Shown one piece after another: positions 12,731 through 24,552 of a DNA stretch of 64,000 bases. The stretch comes from Leucoraja ocellata (lineage: Eukaryota). Location of the stretch: NCBI GenBank assembly GCA_036785375.1, contig JAWMAR010000152.1, forward strand, positions 2,418,001 through 2,482,000. The letters are read 5' to 3'. The translations under genes and the position numbers were made by a program. How positions within the stretch are numbered: the first letter of the stretch is position 1; every line of letters begins with the position of its first letter. The notes below the pieces were generated by a model. The model had not been told where the DNA came from, made no database searches, and worked only from the letters and a program-made list of their open reading frames with translations.

Positions 12731-13681
12731 ACTTTACAGTGACATTAATTAAATGTGAATGAATATGCAATGAACTAATTATAGTGTTCAGTTGCAGATG
12801 ACTCCATAGCACTTGGGCGTTTGTTGAAATGGCAAATGTACACTGTTTATTTTGATTCATGTGCATGTGTTGATTTGCTTTAATGGATGCAATGTGTGCG
12901 CGTTTAACATAGCCTTCCAAGAGCTGTCAGTATTCAATGCCTGTGCACTCCTCTAGCCTCATTCAAACATGGCACCTTTCACAGTGCATGCAGCACTCCC
13001 TCTATTGCACTGAGATGCTGGCCCAGGTTTTGTAATCGTCTGATCTGAAGGCAATAATGCTACTGACAAAATATGTTTGAAGAATACAGTAACACCATCT
13101 TATATAGATTGGCGTGATGAACCAGCCAGGATTTGAATCCAAAACTTAACCGTATTCAACTAACTTGCAGACCTTATATCATTTCATAGGCCAAGTATCT
13201 TATCCAATCTTATTTTCTTAATTATCCCCAGTATGGGGTGCTATTAATTTATTTTATGTGATTATTTTCCAACGATGATGGAAGATCCACATTCTTGGAA
13301 AACAGAGGAAACAGATCCCTCCTGGGTTTTAATTGATTGCAAGTTTAATCCGAAATTCTTTCTGCACCAGATGCTCTGGCGTGTCCATTGGGTTTTTAGA
13401 CAGTTTAAATGTGGGTTTTATGTATGTTGACCATGACACATCCTGTGAAATATAGCAGCATTTGGCAAGAAAAAGGGGCGAGTTTTAAACTTTGAACTTT
13501 GATTAACTCCGGCTGAGAGCTGTGTGATTCCATAAATCTTTGCTTCAACTATTTTCCGAGCCCTTTCCTGTCAGGGAAAAATGAATTAAGGTCTCCCTCC
13601 TTCCTTTTTAAAAAAAAAATCTGCTTCTAATTTTTATTTTTGCTTCGTTATTTTAAGGCAGCAATTGACATGGTTTATGTG

Positions 13682-13788
13682 ACATGATCAGTCTGAAGAA
13701 GGGTCTCGACCCGAAACGTCACCCATTCCTTCTCTCCAGAGATGCTGCCTGTCCCGCTGAGTTACTCCAGCATTTTGTGTCTACCTTC
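13682..13788 (+). mobile_element. Solo Penelope-like pLTR with hammerhead motif and TSD
   Basis: CTGAAGA-A-GGGT-CTCG-ACCC-GAAA-CGTC at 13693-13720. Flanked by gacatggttta(t/c)gtg at 13667-13681 and 13789-13803. Confidence 0.7.
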
Positions 13789-14289
13789 GACATGGTTTAC
13801 GTGTTTGGTAGTTATATTCAATGTTGCCAACATAATTCCTAATATTTAGACTTGATGTTGATATCCTAGTAGGAGTAAGAGTAACTGGGTCATGCTTTGA
13901 AACAACCTCCAGTCTATTTTGCAATTGCTATTTCTGGATTTTAAGGATATGGTGCAATTTTATAAAAACCTAAATAGCGAGCTATCTTGCACAACCCTCT
14001 CAGATAATGTATAGTCGGGTTAATGAATATCTTCCTTTCTGAAGTATGGATCTACCAGTCTACACGTTGCTGTTTGACGGAAAATGTGAAAGATTGGTCA
14101 CCCATTTCAAAATGAAAGGATTTGCTTCCCAATCCTATGTGTGGCCAAGTCTGGCAAACTCTTGACTTTCTCAACATCCACCACATAATGTTTCTGCCCC
14201 CACGGGGAAGACTTGGACCACGATCTTTGAGATGTTAACGATAAATAAAGTGCGACTGTCAATCCTTGTAAAATAACAGCTACTTCGAC

Positions 14290-14607
14290 AGCATAGTGGG
14301 CAGCTAATAGAGCTGTTGCCTCCCAGCTCCTGTGACCCGGGTTCAATCCTGACCTTCGCTGCTGTCTTTGCGGAGTTCGTATGTTCTCCTTGATTGCATG
14401 GGTTTCCTCTGGGTGCTTCAGTTTCCATGAACATCCCAAAGGCGTGGGTTGGTAGATTAATTGGCCTCGTAAGTAGGCGAGTTGTAGAATCTGGGGGGAG
14501 TGCACAGGAATGTGGAGAGAATAAAATGGAATTGGTGTTGATGGGTTGTTGATGTTCGGCTTGAACTCGATGGGCCGAATGGCCTGTTCCTCTGCTGTGC
14601 CTCTCAA
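14290..14607 (+). mobile_element. HE1/V-SINE-type SINE (older copy)
   Basis: tRNA-like head with B box gggttcaatcc, V-domain, and gatgggccgaatggcctg tail. Confidence 0.7.
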
Positions 14608-16344
14608 TAACTCATCTGTGCACAAAATATATGTTGGGTCAAGCACCATGCAGCTCTATCTGTTTTTCATGATATTGGTGGAGGAACAAATGTTGGCCTG
14701 GATGTTGAGAAGAACTCCCCTGCTCTTCCTCAAAATGACCATGGGATGCCTTGTGTCACACAGGGGTCAGATGTTGATCTTATTAGGTGGGTAGGGGAGT
14801 GGAGGTTAGCACATAAGGAGGAATGTGCATGGGACCTTCTCTGTAGAAGGGACAACATGATACAAATCTTTGAGCTGTTAATGGTTGAGGAGAAGCCCTT
14901 TCTCATTGCTGGGTGAACTTCAGGAAACTATTAATTCTCAGTTTCAGAATCTAGAAGGAATATTCATGCACAAAGAGTTGCAAAAGTGGCGGGGAGCTCT
15001 CTGACTAAATATAGAGTGCTTGCAGCAGATATGAAGGGAAACCTGATGTCCAGATGAGAATGGTTGGGCACAGGGAGAAGGCTGGGGAAAGGTTTCCAAA
15101 TGTAGAACAGAGGGGTCAAATGGCCTGTTTCTCTGCTTCAGATTCACTGTAAAATACCGTACTGTCCAATTAGCAGAGAAAAGTACTTTCAAGAAGTGGG
15201 CAGCAGCCATGACAAACACAGATCAAAAACAAATCGAGCCTGGGCCTTGCCAAATTTGTCTGGTTTGCCAGCCAAATTATCAATCAATTATTTGTTTTCA
15301 TCCATTCTCCCCCTCTCCTTTCTCCCCTGCATGGTTGACTTTGCTAGGGTGGGACATGGGGTAGTGAAGGAGGGCACAAACCTGAGGGTGCCAGTTAGCT
15401 GCTTTAATTTGCTCAGAGGGTCTATATTCACTTGTGATTATCTCCTGACAGAGGTATTTTAAAGAGAGCTCAAAATAGCATTCTCTGTCCTGGGTTCAAT
15501 TGTGGAGGTGAGGGTGGAGTTGGCAGGGTGAGGTTGTAGGGAAAGAAAGGCAACGAAGAAAGGGTGAAATTGATTGAGGCACAAGCCGACTGTTTTCAGT
15601 TCCCGCTCTCCCAACCTGCCAGAGTGTGCAGTGATGGGTTAACAGATCCTCTGATGTTGCAGGAGGTTAAGTGGAGAGGCTGAATTGGATGCAGAGTGCA
15701 TTTTACTACTCCCTTGCAGGATGAAGAGATGGACAAATTTTCTGGCTGATGACAGTCCAATTTGGCCGCATACCTTGCAAGGAAATGTTTTACTTGGATC
15801 AAGATCTGGACAGGTTTAAAATTGAAATGATTAAAATGTAACCGTTGACTCGAGGCCCAGTGATTCATTCCAGAGGCATTTGAGTTTAAAGCTGTGCTGC
15901 TGTCTATGGGAGGAATTGTCCTATAGATCTGAATGCATGAGCTACTGATCGGTAAATGCTAGATAATTCGAACATCTTGTGCTTGGATTGGGATTCTAAA
16001 CTCTGTATTATCCTTGGAACTTTACACAGTGTCAGTGAAGGAGGAAGTGGCTTGAAGACGAGAGAATACAGGCAGTGGTTTGGTCCTTACTCCTCCATGA
16101 CTTTGATTGGAGCTTTCCTGGTGGGTATGGATAGAAACTGGCTGAAATGCCACAGTCAGTATATGGATCATTTGACAGCATATACTATGCGAGAGAATGC
16201 AAGGACTTTGGTAATGAAACCCACTGACTCAAGACTAGTCTGACCAAAAGTAATTCTGCTGCCATCTGACCCCTTAAACTGAGCGAACAATTTAGCTTTT
16301 GCCATAATTCTGGTTAGGCATTCTATGAAAATGTGCAAATAATT

Positions 16345-16920
16345 TGAGTCAGAGAGTCGTACAGCATGGACACAGGCCCTTCGGCCCAATTGCCCATGCT
16401 GAACAAGATGCCCCATTTACACTAGTCATACCTGCCTGTGTTTGGCCCATATCCTTGAAGACATTTCCTATCCATGTACCCGTCCAAATGCATTTTATAT
16501 GTTGTTATAACACCTGCTTCTATTACTTCCTCTGGCAGCTCGCTCCATATATCCACCATCCTCTGTGCGGAAAAAGTTGTCCCTCAGTTTAATATTAAAT
16601 ATTTTTCCTCTCACCTTAAACCTATGTCTTCTGGTTCTTGATTCCCCCACTCTGGGTAAAAGACTGTGTGCATTCTCACTATCAAATCCCCCCATGATCT
16701 TACATGCCTATGTACAATCACCCCTTATCCTCCTGCACTCCAAGGAATGAAGTCCTAGCCTGTCTAACCTCACCCTACAGCTTAGGCCCTCAAGACCTAG
16801 CAACATCCTCGTAAATCATCTCTGCACTCTTTCCAGCTGAACAATATATTTCCTATAGCATAGCGACCAAAACTGAGCACATTACTCCAAATGCGGCCTC
16901 CCCGACATCCTGTACAATTC
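16345..16920 (-). mobile_element. CR1/HER1-type LINE 3' fragment
   Basis: Minus-strand LLPRVGESRTRRHRFKVRG..FF (CR1 ORF2 end) and acaggcccttcggccc tail. Confidence 0.75.
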
Positions 16921-17374
16921 TTTAGCATCTTAATTTTTACTTGTCCTGGTGTAGATGTTTGCAGCATTGAAAGCCACTCAGCCCATCATAACGGTGTTGG
17001 TTCTTTGATTGAGATAGTTGTGTTCTTCAGTTACACCTTTAGTCTGTAAACCTAAAGACCCTTGTTTTCTAGTACCCGTCCAAATCCCTTTTAAAATTGG
17101 GAACAATTACCTTTTCAGGGAGATCATTTTAAATCCTGACAGCTCTCTGAGTGCAAAGATTTTCCGCATTTCTCACCAGCCACTAATCTTACATTTTTCT
17201 CGGTGTAAAATAGGAAAGGTCCCAAGGCAAATCTCTGTTCATCCGCACAGTCATTTCCTGAAGGAACTTGATTCAATTAGTCAAACCTGGCCTGCCCTTT
17301 ACAGTTCCGCAATGAATACTTTTGATTAGTTATTCTCTATGTTTCTACACAGCCACTACTTTATTTATTTCCTA

Positions 17375-17900
17375 CTGGGCGTTGCCAGTGAGGCCAATAT
17401 TTATCTCTTAGTCACCTAATCACGCTGTAGTCCATCTGGTGAACATGCTCCCACAGTGTTGTTGGGGAGGAAGTTCCAGGATTTAGACCCAGCGACGATG
17501 AAGGAAAAGCAATACGTTTCCAAGTCAGAGTGGCGTGCAATTTGGAGGGGTATTTGCAAGTGGTGGCGTTCCCAAGTGCTTGAAACCCTTGTTCTTTTTG
17601 ATGGGAGAGTGTGTGGTTTTGGGAAGTACCTTCAGAGTAGTCCCTTTTAGTGAAGTAAAATTTTCAGTGAATTTTGTAGGTACTATGAGCCGGTGGTGGA
17701 TCAATGCATGTTTTAGGGCGGTGAATGGGGTATAATCAAGTGGGCTGATTTATTCTGAATGGTATCAAGCTTCATGAGAATTGTTGGAGCTGCACTCAGA
17801 AGCAAATGGAGAATATTCCATCCTATTCCTGATTTGTTCCCTGTCAATTATGGAAAGGCTTTGGGGAGTCAGGAAGTGAGTTGCTTGCTGCAGGATATTT
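17375..17900 (-). mobile_element. Old shark-type LINE 3' fragment
   Basis: Same family as 41945-43380 (gttccaggatttagacccagcgacgatgaaggaa...ttgttggagctgcactca). Family name not determined. Confidence 0.5.
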
Positions 17901-18929
17901 GTTGTTCGTTGCTATAGTCTTCAATGGATTCCCTCCTGATGATGCAAGGCTAATTTGTCCAATTGTTCCCAGATGATCGCTTCCCCCCCTTTCCAGAAAA
18001 AAAAATGGATGTTGCTGCTGTCTTTTTTTTCCAGTTTCTTCCACAGAGTTCCAATTTGCTCAAACAGTTTGGAAAAGTATGTCTCACACTGCACTACATT
18101 TGGTATTCTGGAGTGCAGCCTTTCTGGATCTGAGAACAGGAAGAGTTTTACAAAATTTCACAGTTTCAACTGAGTTTCGACTGGAGAAGCTTGGATTTGG
18201 ACTGGAGAGGCTTGGAGCAACGAAGGTCGAGAGGAGATTTGAGAGATGTGGATGAATCCATGATAGGTTTGCAGTAAACAGAAGGAAGTTATTTTCATTA
18301 GCAGATAGTTCATAGAAGGAGGGACATGGAACTATAACGATGGGCTAGAGATGGAAAGGGCAGTGGGTTGTCAGAAGAACAGCTATTTTATGCAGAAAAT
18401 GGTATCTAAAATTCACTGCTTGCTGGAGTGATGGGAATTGATCCAGCCAGGGCTCTGGATAAGCTTGGGGAAAATATTTTGCAAAGCTGTGGAAAAAATA
18501 GAGTAGGGAAAATAGACTATTCTACAAAGAGGTGATTTGGTGTCAATGGCCAGTCGGCTCGCTTCTGTGCCATTATAATTGTTTTTATATATTTTCATTT
18601 GATAGCTGTGTCAGTTTTATCTGCAATCAACTGTATGGCAAATGTCACAAAGTTCTGAATGTTCCAAACCAAAATTACCTTTGATAAGAACTTAACACAA
18701 AATTGGGAAAAGGGTGGGCCTCAGCTGTACTAAACAACTTGGATTTTCTCCAGCAGATAGGGACTTCCGACAATGTATTTGGATGTTTCGAGGGCAGTGG
18801 CTCTCTTCCAAGGCAAGGAATTACAATACAGTGCATTGTGTTTTTAGTTTATGAAATTAAAGAAGGCAAGTACAGATTATGTTCAAAACACACTGCCCAT
18901 GTCCCCCTGGGTAGCACATGTTGCCTCTC

Positions 18930-19235
18930 GACGGTTGAAGGCTCCAGTCCCATTCAGAGACTGGAACACAAAGGTCTGAATTGATTTATTGCAGTACTGA
19001 GGGAGTGCTGCACTGTTGGAGATGCTGCCTTGCAGAGTTATTAAACTAAGACTTCTCTACTCTCCTTGAGGGCCAAAGATTGTATGATCCTGTTATGGGA
19101 AAAAAACTGGCTGGGGAGTTCTCCCTGCTGTCCAGAACCACATTCCTTAAATGGGACAGTTTATTTAAAACAATCTGGTTGTCATCACTTTGCTGTTTAT
19201 GGGAGCTTGCTGTGTACAAATTACCTGCTGCTTTT
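18930..19235 (+). mobile_element. SacSINE1/DeuSINE-like SINE
   Basis: cagtactgagggagtgctgcactgttggag, ggggagttctccc and Deu-like gctgtttatgggagcttgctgtgtacaaatt. Confidence 0.6.
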
Positions 19236-19699
19236 CATGCGTTACAGTAGAGGCCACTCTTCAGTTGACTCTAACAGGACTGGATTTATTGGAAGCAGGA
19301 AGAATGTTCCAGAAGGCTGGGTAGTCCATAACCAAGTATATTTAAGAATGAGCTTGATATAGCTGAAGGGATCAAAGGATTTGGGGAGAAAGCTTGAACA
19401 GACTGATAGATTTGGATGGTCAGCTATGATCATGTTGAATCAGGCTCAAGGAGCTGTATGACCTGCTCCTGCTCTAATTTTCCATGTATCTGTCTCTCCG
19501 CATCTAAAAGTTACTGTTGAATGTGCCTCCACTGTTCTTTCAAGATAGCAGGTTGCAGATTGTAATGGCTCACTGGTAAACATTCACCCTGGGTCGTTTG
19601 AGCTGGAGGCCCAAACCGCCTTCAAATCACTTTGCAAATATGTTTCTGCTGCAATCAACCCAACCAATCTTTGGAAGTGAAACTATTGCCATGTTTCAT

Positions 19700-20170
19700 G
19701 GTTAGTACGCGCCACCGTTCTCTCTGGACGGGCGTTAAAGATCGTCCGCACAGCTCGAGCCCGCGTCTGTTCGTTGGACTACGTACCTGCTGTGTGTGTG
19801 CGAGTGTCTTTTGGACTCCAGAACCCAAGCGGGGCATCGCCGTATATTAATCGGCATGTTACCAGTTTACTGCACAATTTATCACGAAATTTGCGTTTTT
19901 GTTGGCGTAGTTGGCGTAAACCCCGCCACATGGTGCGGGCGCGGGCGCGGACGCTCGCCAGGCGCCGCACGTGCAGCCCGCCAAGCGCTCGAGCCCGCAC
20001 CCTGTGGCGGGGTTTACCTCAGGACGCCGCCTTTCCCAGCTCGGCCCGAGGCGAAGAACAAACGCTCTTCTAATCAAACGCGTACCATATTTATTCCGAC
20101 CCCGCACGCTCTTTGCCTATCATGTGTCTGTCGGGCAATGTGTTTCTTTTGCGTGCAGAATTTCCGGTCA
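19700..20170. promoter_or_regulatory. Intronic CpG-rich island with central 33-bp inverted repeat
   Basis: Roughly 45-50 CpGs in 19701-20110 by hand count. Arms 19916-19948 and 19985-20017 match at 30/33. Function unknown. Confidence 0.5.
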
Positions 20171-20839
20171 CATTTGCTGAAGTGTTCTGCTCCCACAGAA
20201 CAGCAAAACAAGTCTGTGTCCAATAGGCTGGCATTGACCACAAACTAAGCAGAGGCAGCTGCATAAACAGTCAACGAAAAACTGAGCAGAATGTACGAAA
20301 ACATCGTTCCACGATGACTGGATGACACCACTTGCCGAGGGCAAAGGAAAAGCACACTGATGATGTCGCTCCAGAACTATTTGCTGAAAATCCCTTTTGC
20401 TGCCGTCTTTATTTCTCACGAAAGCGAGGAACTTAATGCTGGAAGCACTGTTTAAACCAAAACACAAAACTTTTCCAAGCAAGTTTTTCCACTGTGTTTC
20501 AACCAAACATTGTAGACTAAAGTCTGATACGTGGTTCGAGGCAGCAGATCACAGCTCCTGCTGTGTTACTCTTGGTGGGAGCCAGGTCTCCTTACAACAT
20601 CCTAAAGTTCCAGTTAAGTTACTTTCCAAGTTGTAATGGAGGAAATACAGGTTGTGCACAGCAAGCTCCAGCAAATAACAATGTGAGAACGACCAAATAA
20701 TCTATTTTAATAATGTTGAGTGAGGGACAAATATTTTCCGGCCTTATGGAATAATAACAGTACAGGGCACAGAAGAGTGGCTGTTCATCTTGTGTTCATG
20801 CTGGAGCTGTTAGCTGAGTTTCACTTACTAACTCGTCAG

Positions 20840-21345
20840 GGCACAAAGTGCTGGAGTAACTCAACAGGTCAGGCGCAATCTCTGGAGATCATGGATAAGT
20901 GGCGTTTCAGGTCGAGACCCTTCAACAGGGAAGCTTTACAATCCACATATCTTCACACCTGCCTCATACCTTCCATTCTTATGTCTGGCCTGTGCTCCAA
21001 CCAACGATAGATACAAAGTGCTGGAGTAACTCAGTGGGCCACACAGTATCTCTGGAGAGAAGGAATGGGTGATGTTTCGGGTCAAGACCCATCTTCAGAC
21101 TGTGTTCCAACCAGCTACCTATCAACCCCCCCCTTGCCAATGTTGACATTTTAACTGCCATGTTTTGTCCTGCCTCTCCCCTTTTCCAGCATTCTTCTCC
21201 CCCCTCCCTCCCCTACAATGTCTGAAAAAGGGCCTAAACCCCAAACGTCACATATACACGTTCTCCAGAGCTGCCCGTCTGTTACTCCAGCGCTTTGTGT
21301 CCTTTTGTGTATTAACCAGCATCTGCAGCTCTTTATTTCAACATC
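20840..21345. mobile_element. Cluster of Penelope-like pLTR copies
   Basis: Minus copies at 20840-20925 and 21007-21100 (the latter flanked by a tgtg(c/t)tccaacca duplication) and a plus copy at about 21215-21345. Confidence 0.6.
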
Positions 21346-21774
21346 TGCTAATGTGTGATGTGTAGCCCAGTTGCTGTTCAGTGGAATTCCCCCGCCCTCT
21401 GATGGCGATTCACCTAGGCAATGGTGTTTCTTGAAGAACTCGCTCCTCGAATCATATCCAGGATATGATTTCATAGTGTAAGCCGCAGACTTTCCAGTGC
21501 TTTGTGAGGTAACTTTGAGGAACATATACATCGAGGAATTGTTTTTACAAGTGCTGTCATTGACTTGTGGACAGAGACACAGGCCAAAGCTTCCAAAAGC
21601 AATCTGATTCTCTTTTTGACATTTATCTGATTGTAAAGTATGATTTGTCCAAATGAGGAGGTCTTGAATCAATTTCAAAAAATACATTTTTTGAGCAATT
21701 TACATAGCATAGTTCCCAGAGGATTAGTTGATTCCTTCCAAACCTTCCAAAACATTTGAAAATACTCCATCGCT

Positions 21775-22270
21775 GAGGTAAGTACAAGAACACGGGACTA
21801 GGATGTTATAGCTATTACAGAAACCTGGCTGAGAGAGGACCAGGCCTGGCAGCTCAATGTTCTAGTGTACAAATGCGTATGAATTTGTGTTTGTAAGTAG
21901 GGAGAATAACACAGCAGTACTTGGAGAGTATATTTCTGGGGATCGTTCAACAAGGCTAAATGAGAAATGAGGGGTGATTATTTTGGAATCGTATAATAGG
22001 CCCCCAATAGTCAACAAGAATTAGAGGAGCAAATATGTAGGGTGATCACATGTATTATTTTGGCAAGAATAATTGGTTAGTAATAGAGGGAGATCCAAAT
22101 ATTGACTGAGACTGCCATAGTGCTAATGGCTTGTATGGGCTGGAATTTGTTAAATGTTAAGGACAATTTTCTCAGCAAATATGCAGATGGCTCTACTAGA
22201 GATGATCTCCTCTTGTGGGAAATAAGGCAGGGCAGGTGACTGAAATGTTAGTTGGGGAGCACTTATTAGT
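21775..22270 (+). mobile_element. CR1-type LINE, decayed APE endonuclease fragment
   Basis: DVIAITETWL, YNRPPNSQQELEEQIC and GNKAGQVTEMLVGEH, with stops and frameshifts. Confidence 0.7.
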
Positions 22271-23840
22271 TTTAAATAGAACTATTAAAAAAATAAAACT
22301 ATCTATTAGTTTTAAAGCAGAGGAAGCAGAAACTGCACCCAAAAAAGAATGGTTTCTCCAACAAGATCCAGTAAGTGGAGTACAGTCACGTATATTATGC
22401 ATGTGATTAATCAATCACTTATTGACAGGAGCAATTACCCAATAATTTCCTCTCTGAGGAAAATGATGACCATAAACTTGATAAGTGAAGAGAAAATTTC
22501 TTCCCATCTCCTCACTATCCAATGTAGATTGTGGAAATACAATCACTTATCAGGAGGTGACCACCCTTATCCCCACCAAGCACATGGCAGCCAGGGAGCC
22601 ATTAGGACATCCCATCCATGCTGGCTTTAGATCTCTAGGTGGTTCAATGAAGTGCCATCCTTAATCTACCAAGCCAAGAGAAGAGACGCCCATCCATCAT
22701 TTTTTGTGCTGTGATAACGCAGCTGAAGTAATTCAATGAATGAATGAAGGCTGTTTTATACCCCATGCACCTATTTGTAAAAGCAGCCTCAAACCACCAC
22801 ATAAACAGGCATTTCAGTACTAACATAAAAATCTCAATAGGAAGTTGTTTAAATAAGTTCTCAACCTACGCTACAACTCTCCAAGGAAACCCTAGACTTG
22901 TACCTCTGAAGAATTTGAGCCATCATAGATCAATAGAAATACCACTTAAAAGACCCACTTTTTCTTTAAAAACCATTTAGTGCAGCTCACAGGAATTGCT
23001 TGGTTTATGTCGGATTTGTAAGGGACTCTAGTCCGAAACTTTGAATGTAACCATCTAATAGATTCCAGAATTTTATGTGTGTTTTTAACTATTCATCTCG
23101 TGCATTAATTGAGTTCCGTTCCATGTGCCTGTTCATTTACAGCGTGCATGCGTACATGAGTGAGTATCCTCGCAAAAGTTAACAATGTTGAGACAATTAC
23201 TTCGAATTTTATAGGGTCTTGAAAGCAGTTGTTTAAAAAGACTTGGAATTCATATTGGCATTGCACAAGAATGTTGGCTGGGCACCGGAAGGAATGTTCT
23301 GTGTATACATCGTCACACACATTATTGCTGCCCCACGCAATAAACTGCAGCGATCTAACAAAAAAACTGTTGAAAAGATTTAAGATCTGTTATGTGAACA
23401 ACACAAGCAGAAATGTCACTGTGAATGGCAGGTAGACCATTCCATGGCCTCTTTGGCTCACTAGGTAATTGCAGTGTGATATCTATATTACTAAAAGTCT
23501 GATCTTGACCGCTTTTGGCCCACTGTGCTGCGATTTCCGAGAGAACGCCGTCACCTACGGCCGACATTTTTGGCCACTTCGCTGAGAGCCCCCCTCCGCC
23601 TTCCTGGACCAGAGGATTTTTCCCATCTATGAAAAATCAGAGAGATATTAATGTTTTTTAAAAATTCCCCATTCTCTCTGCTGCCCCCGCTGGCGGCAGG
23701 GGGGATTGTGGAGGGACTATAAAAACCGGAAGTGTAGTGCCTCACTCAGTCTCTGCCAGACCCAGGAAGCGAGAGGGTCACGGCTCTGAGCTGCGAATAA
23801 CACTGAACGCACGTCTATTCCACGGTGAGTCCCCTCGATG

Positions 23841-24067
23841 TGGTTGTCAAGTGGCTGCTGCCAAATTGTTTGCCACACCTTTTAAAAAGTTTGTGTTCAC
23901 AAAATGAATTTTGGTTGTCAGGTGGCTGCTGCCAAATTGTTTGCCTCGCCTTTTAAAAATATTGTGTTCACAAAATGAATTTTGGTTATCAGGTGGCTGC
24001 TGCCAAATTGTTTGCCTCGCCTTTTGAAAAATTTGTGTTCACAAATGAATTTTGGTTGTCAAGTGGC
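23841..24067. repeat. ~71-bp tandem repeat, ~3.2 copies, inside Helitron
   Basis: Unit tggttgtcaagtggctgctgccaaattgtttgcc...cacaaaatgaatttt starts at 23841, 23912, 23983 and 24053. Confidence 0.9.
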
Positions 24068-24464
24068 AGTTTTCGGATGGATTAAGCGTGAATAAACATT
24101 TTATTAGATCAGGACTGTTTAATTGCAAAATTGGCGCTCATTCCGTGACTTCCGCTTAATGGCAAGAAGGCGCCGATGACGTCATTTCCAGTTAGCGTCA
24201 AGATGGCACTGACTGCGTCATTTCCGGTTCGTGGCAAGATGGCGCTGACTGCAGAAGGCACAGAGTGAAGATGTCGTTGAATGATTCAAGACAGCTTACT
24301 GCTCTGTCTATGGTGAGTGTTTTTGTTGGACGTTATTTACAGCACGTTTTTGCTTCACTAGCAGCCGCCTCTACAGGAGGCTTTAAACGTTTGAATCATT
24401 CGGTTTACACACTGTATGTTCACCACGTTCTGAAGTTACTTGGCATTTTAGTATTGGTTGTGAG

Positions 24465-24552
24465 TCTGTGTGTGTGAGTCTGTGTGTGTGAGAGTCTGTA
24501 TGTGTGTGAGAGTGTGTGTGAGTGTCTGTGAGGTGGAGAGTGTGTGTGTGTG
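24465..24552. repeat. (TG/AG)n microsatellite inside Helitron
   Basis: gtgtgtgtgagtctgtgtgtgtgagag... Confidence 0.85.

Noticed and set aside
19700-20400. Telomerase RNA, RNase P/MRP, 7SK/7SL or C/D snoRNA in the CpG island
   Set aside because: No CTAACCCT template or recognisable conserved boxes. The TGATGA...CTGA pair near 20358-20387 is too close for a snoRNA.
23841-24067. 71-bp and 30-bp arrays as CRISPR-like repeats
   Set aside because: Head-to-tail units without unique spacers, in vertebrate DNA with no cas genes.
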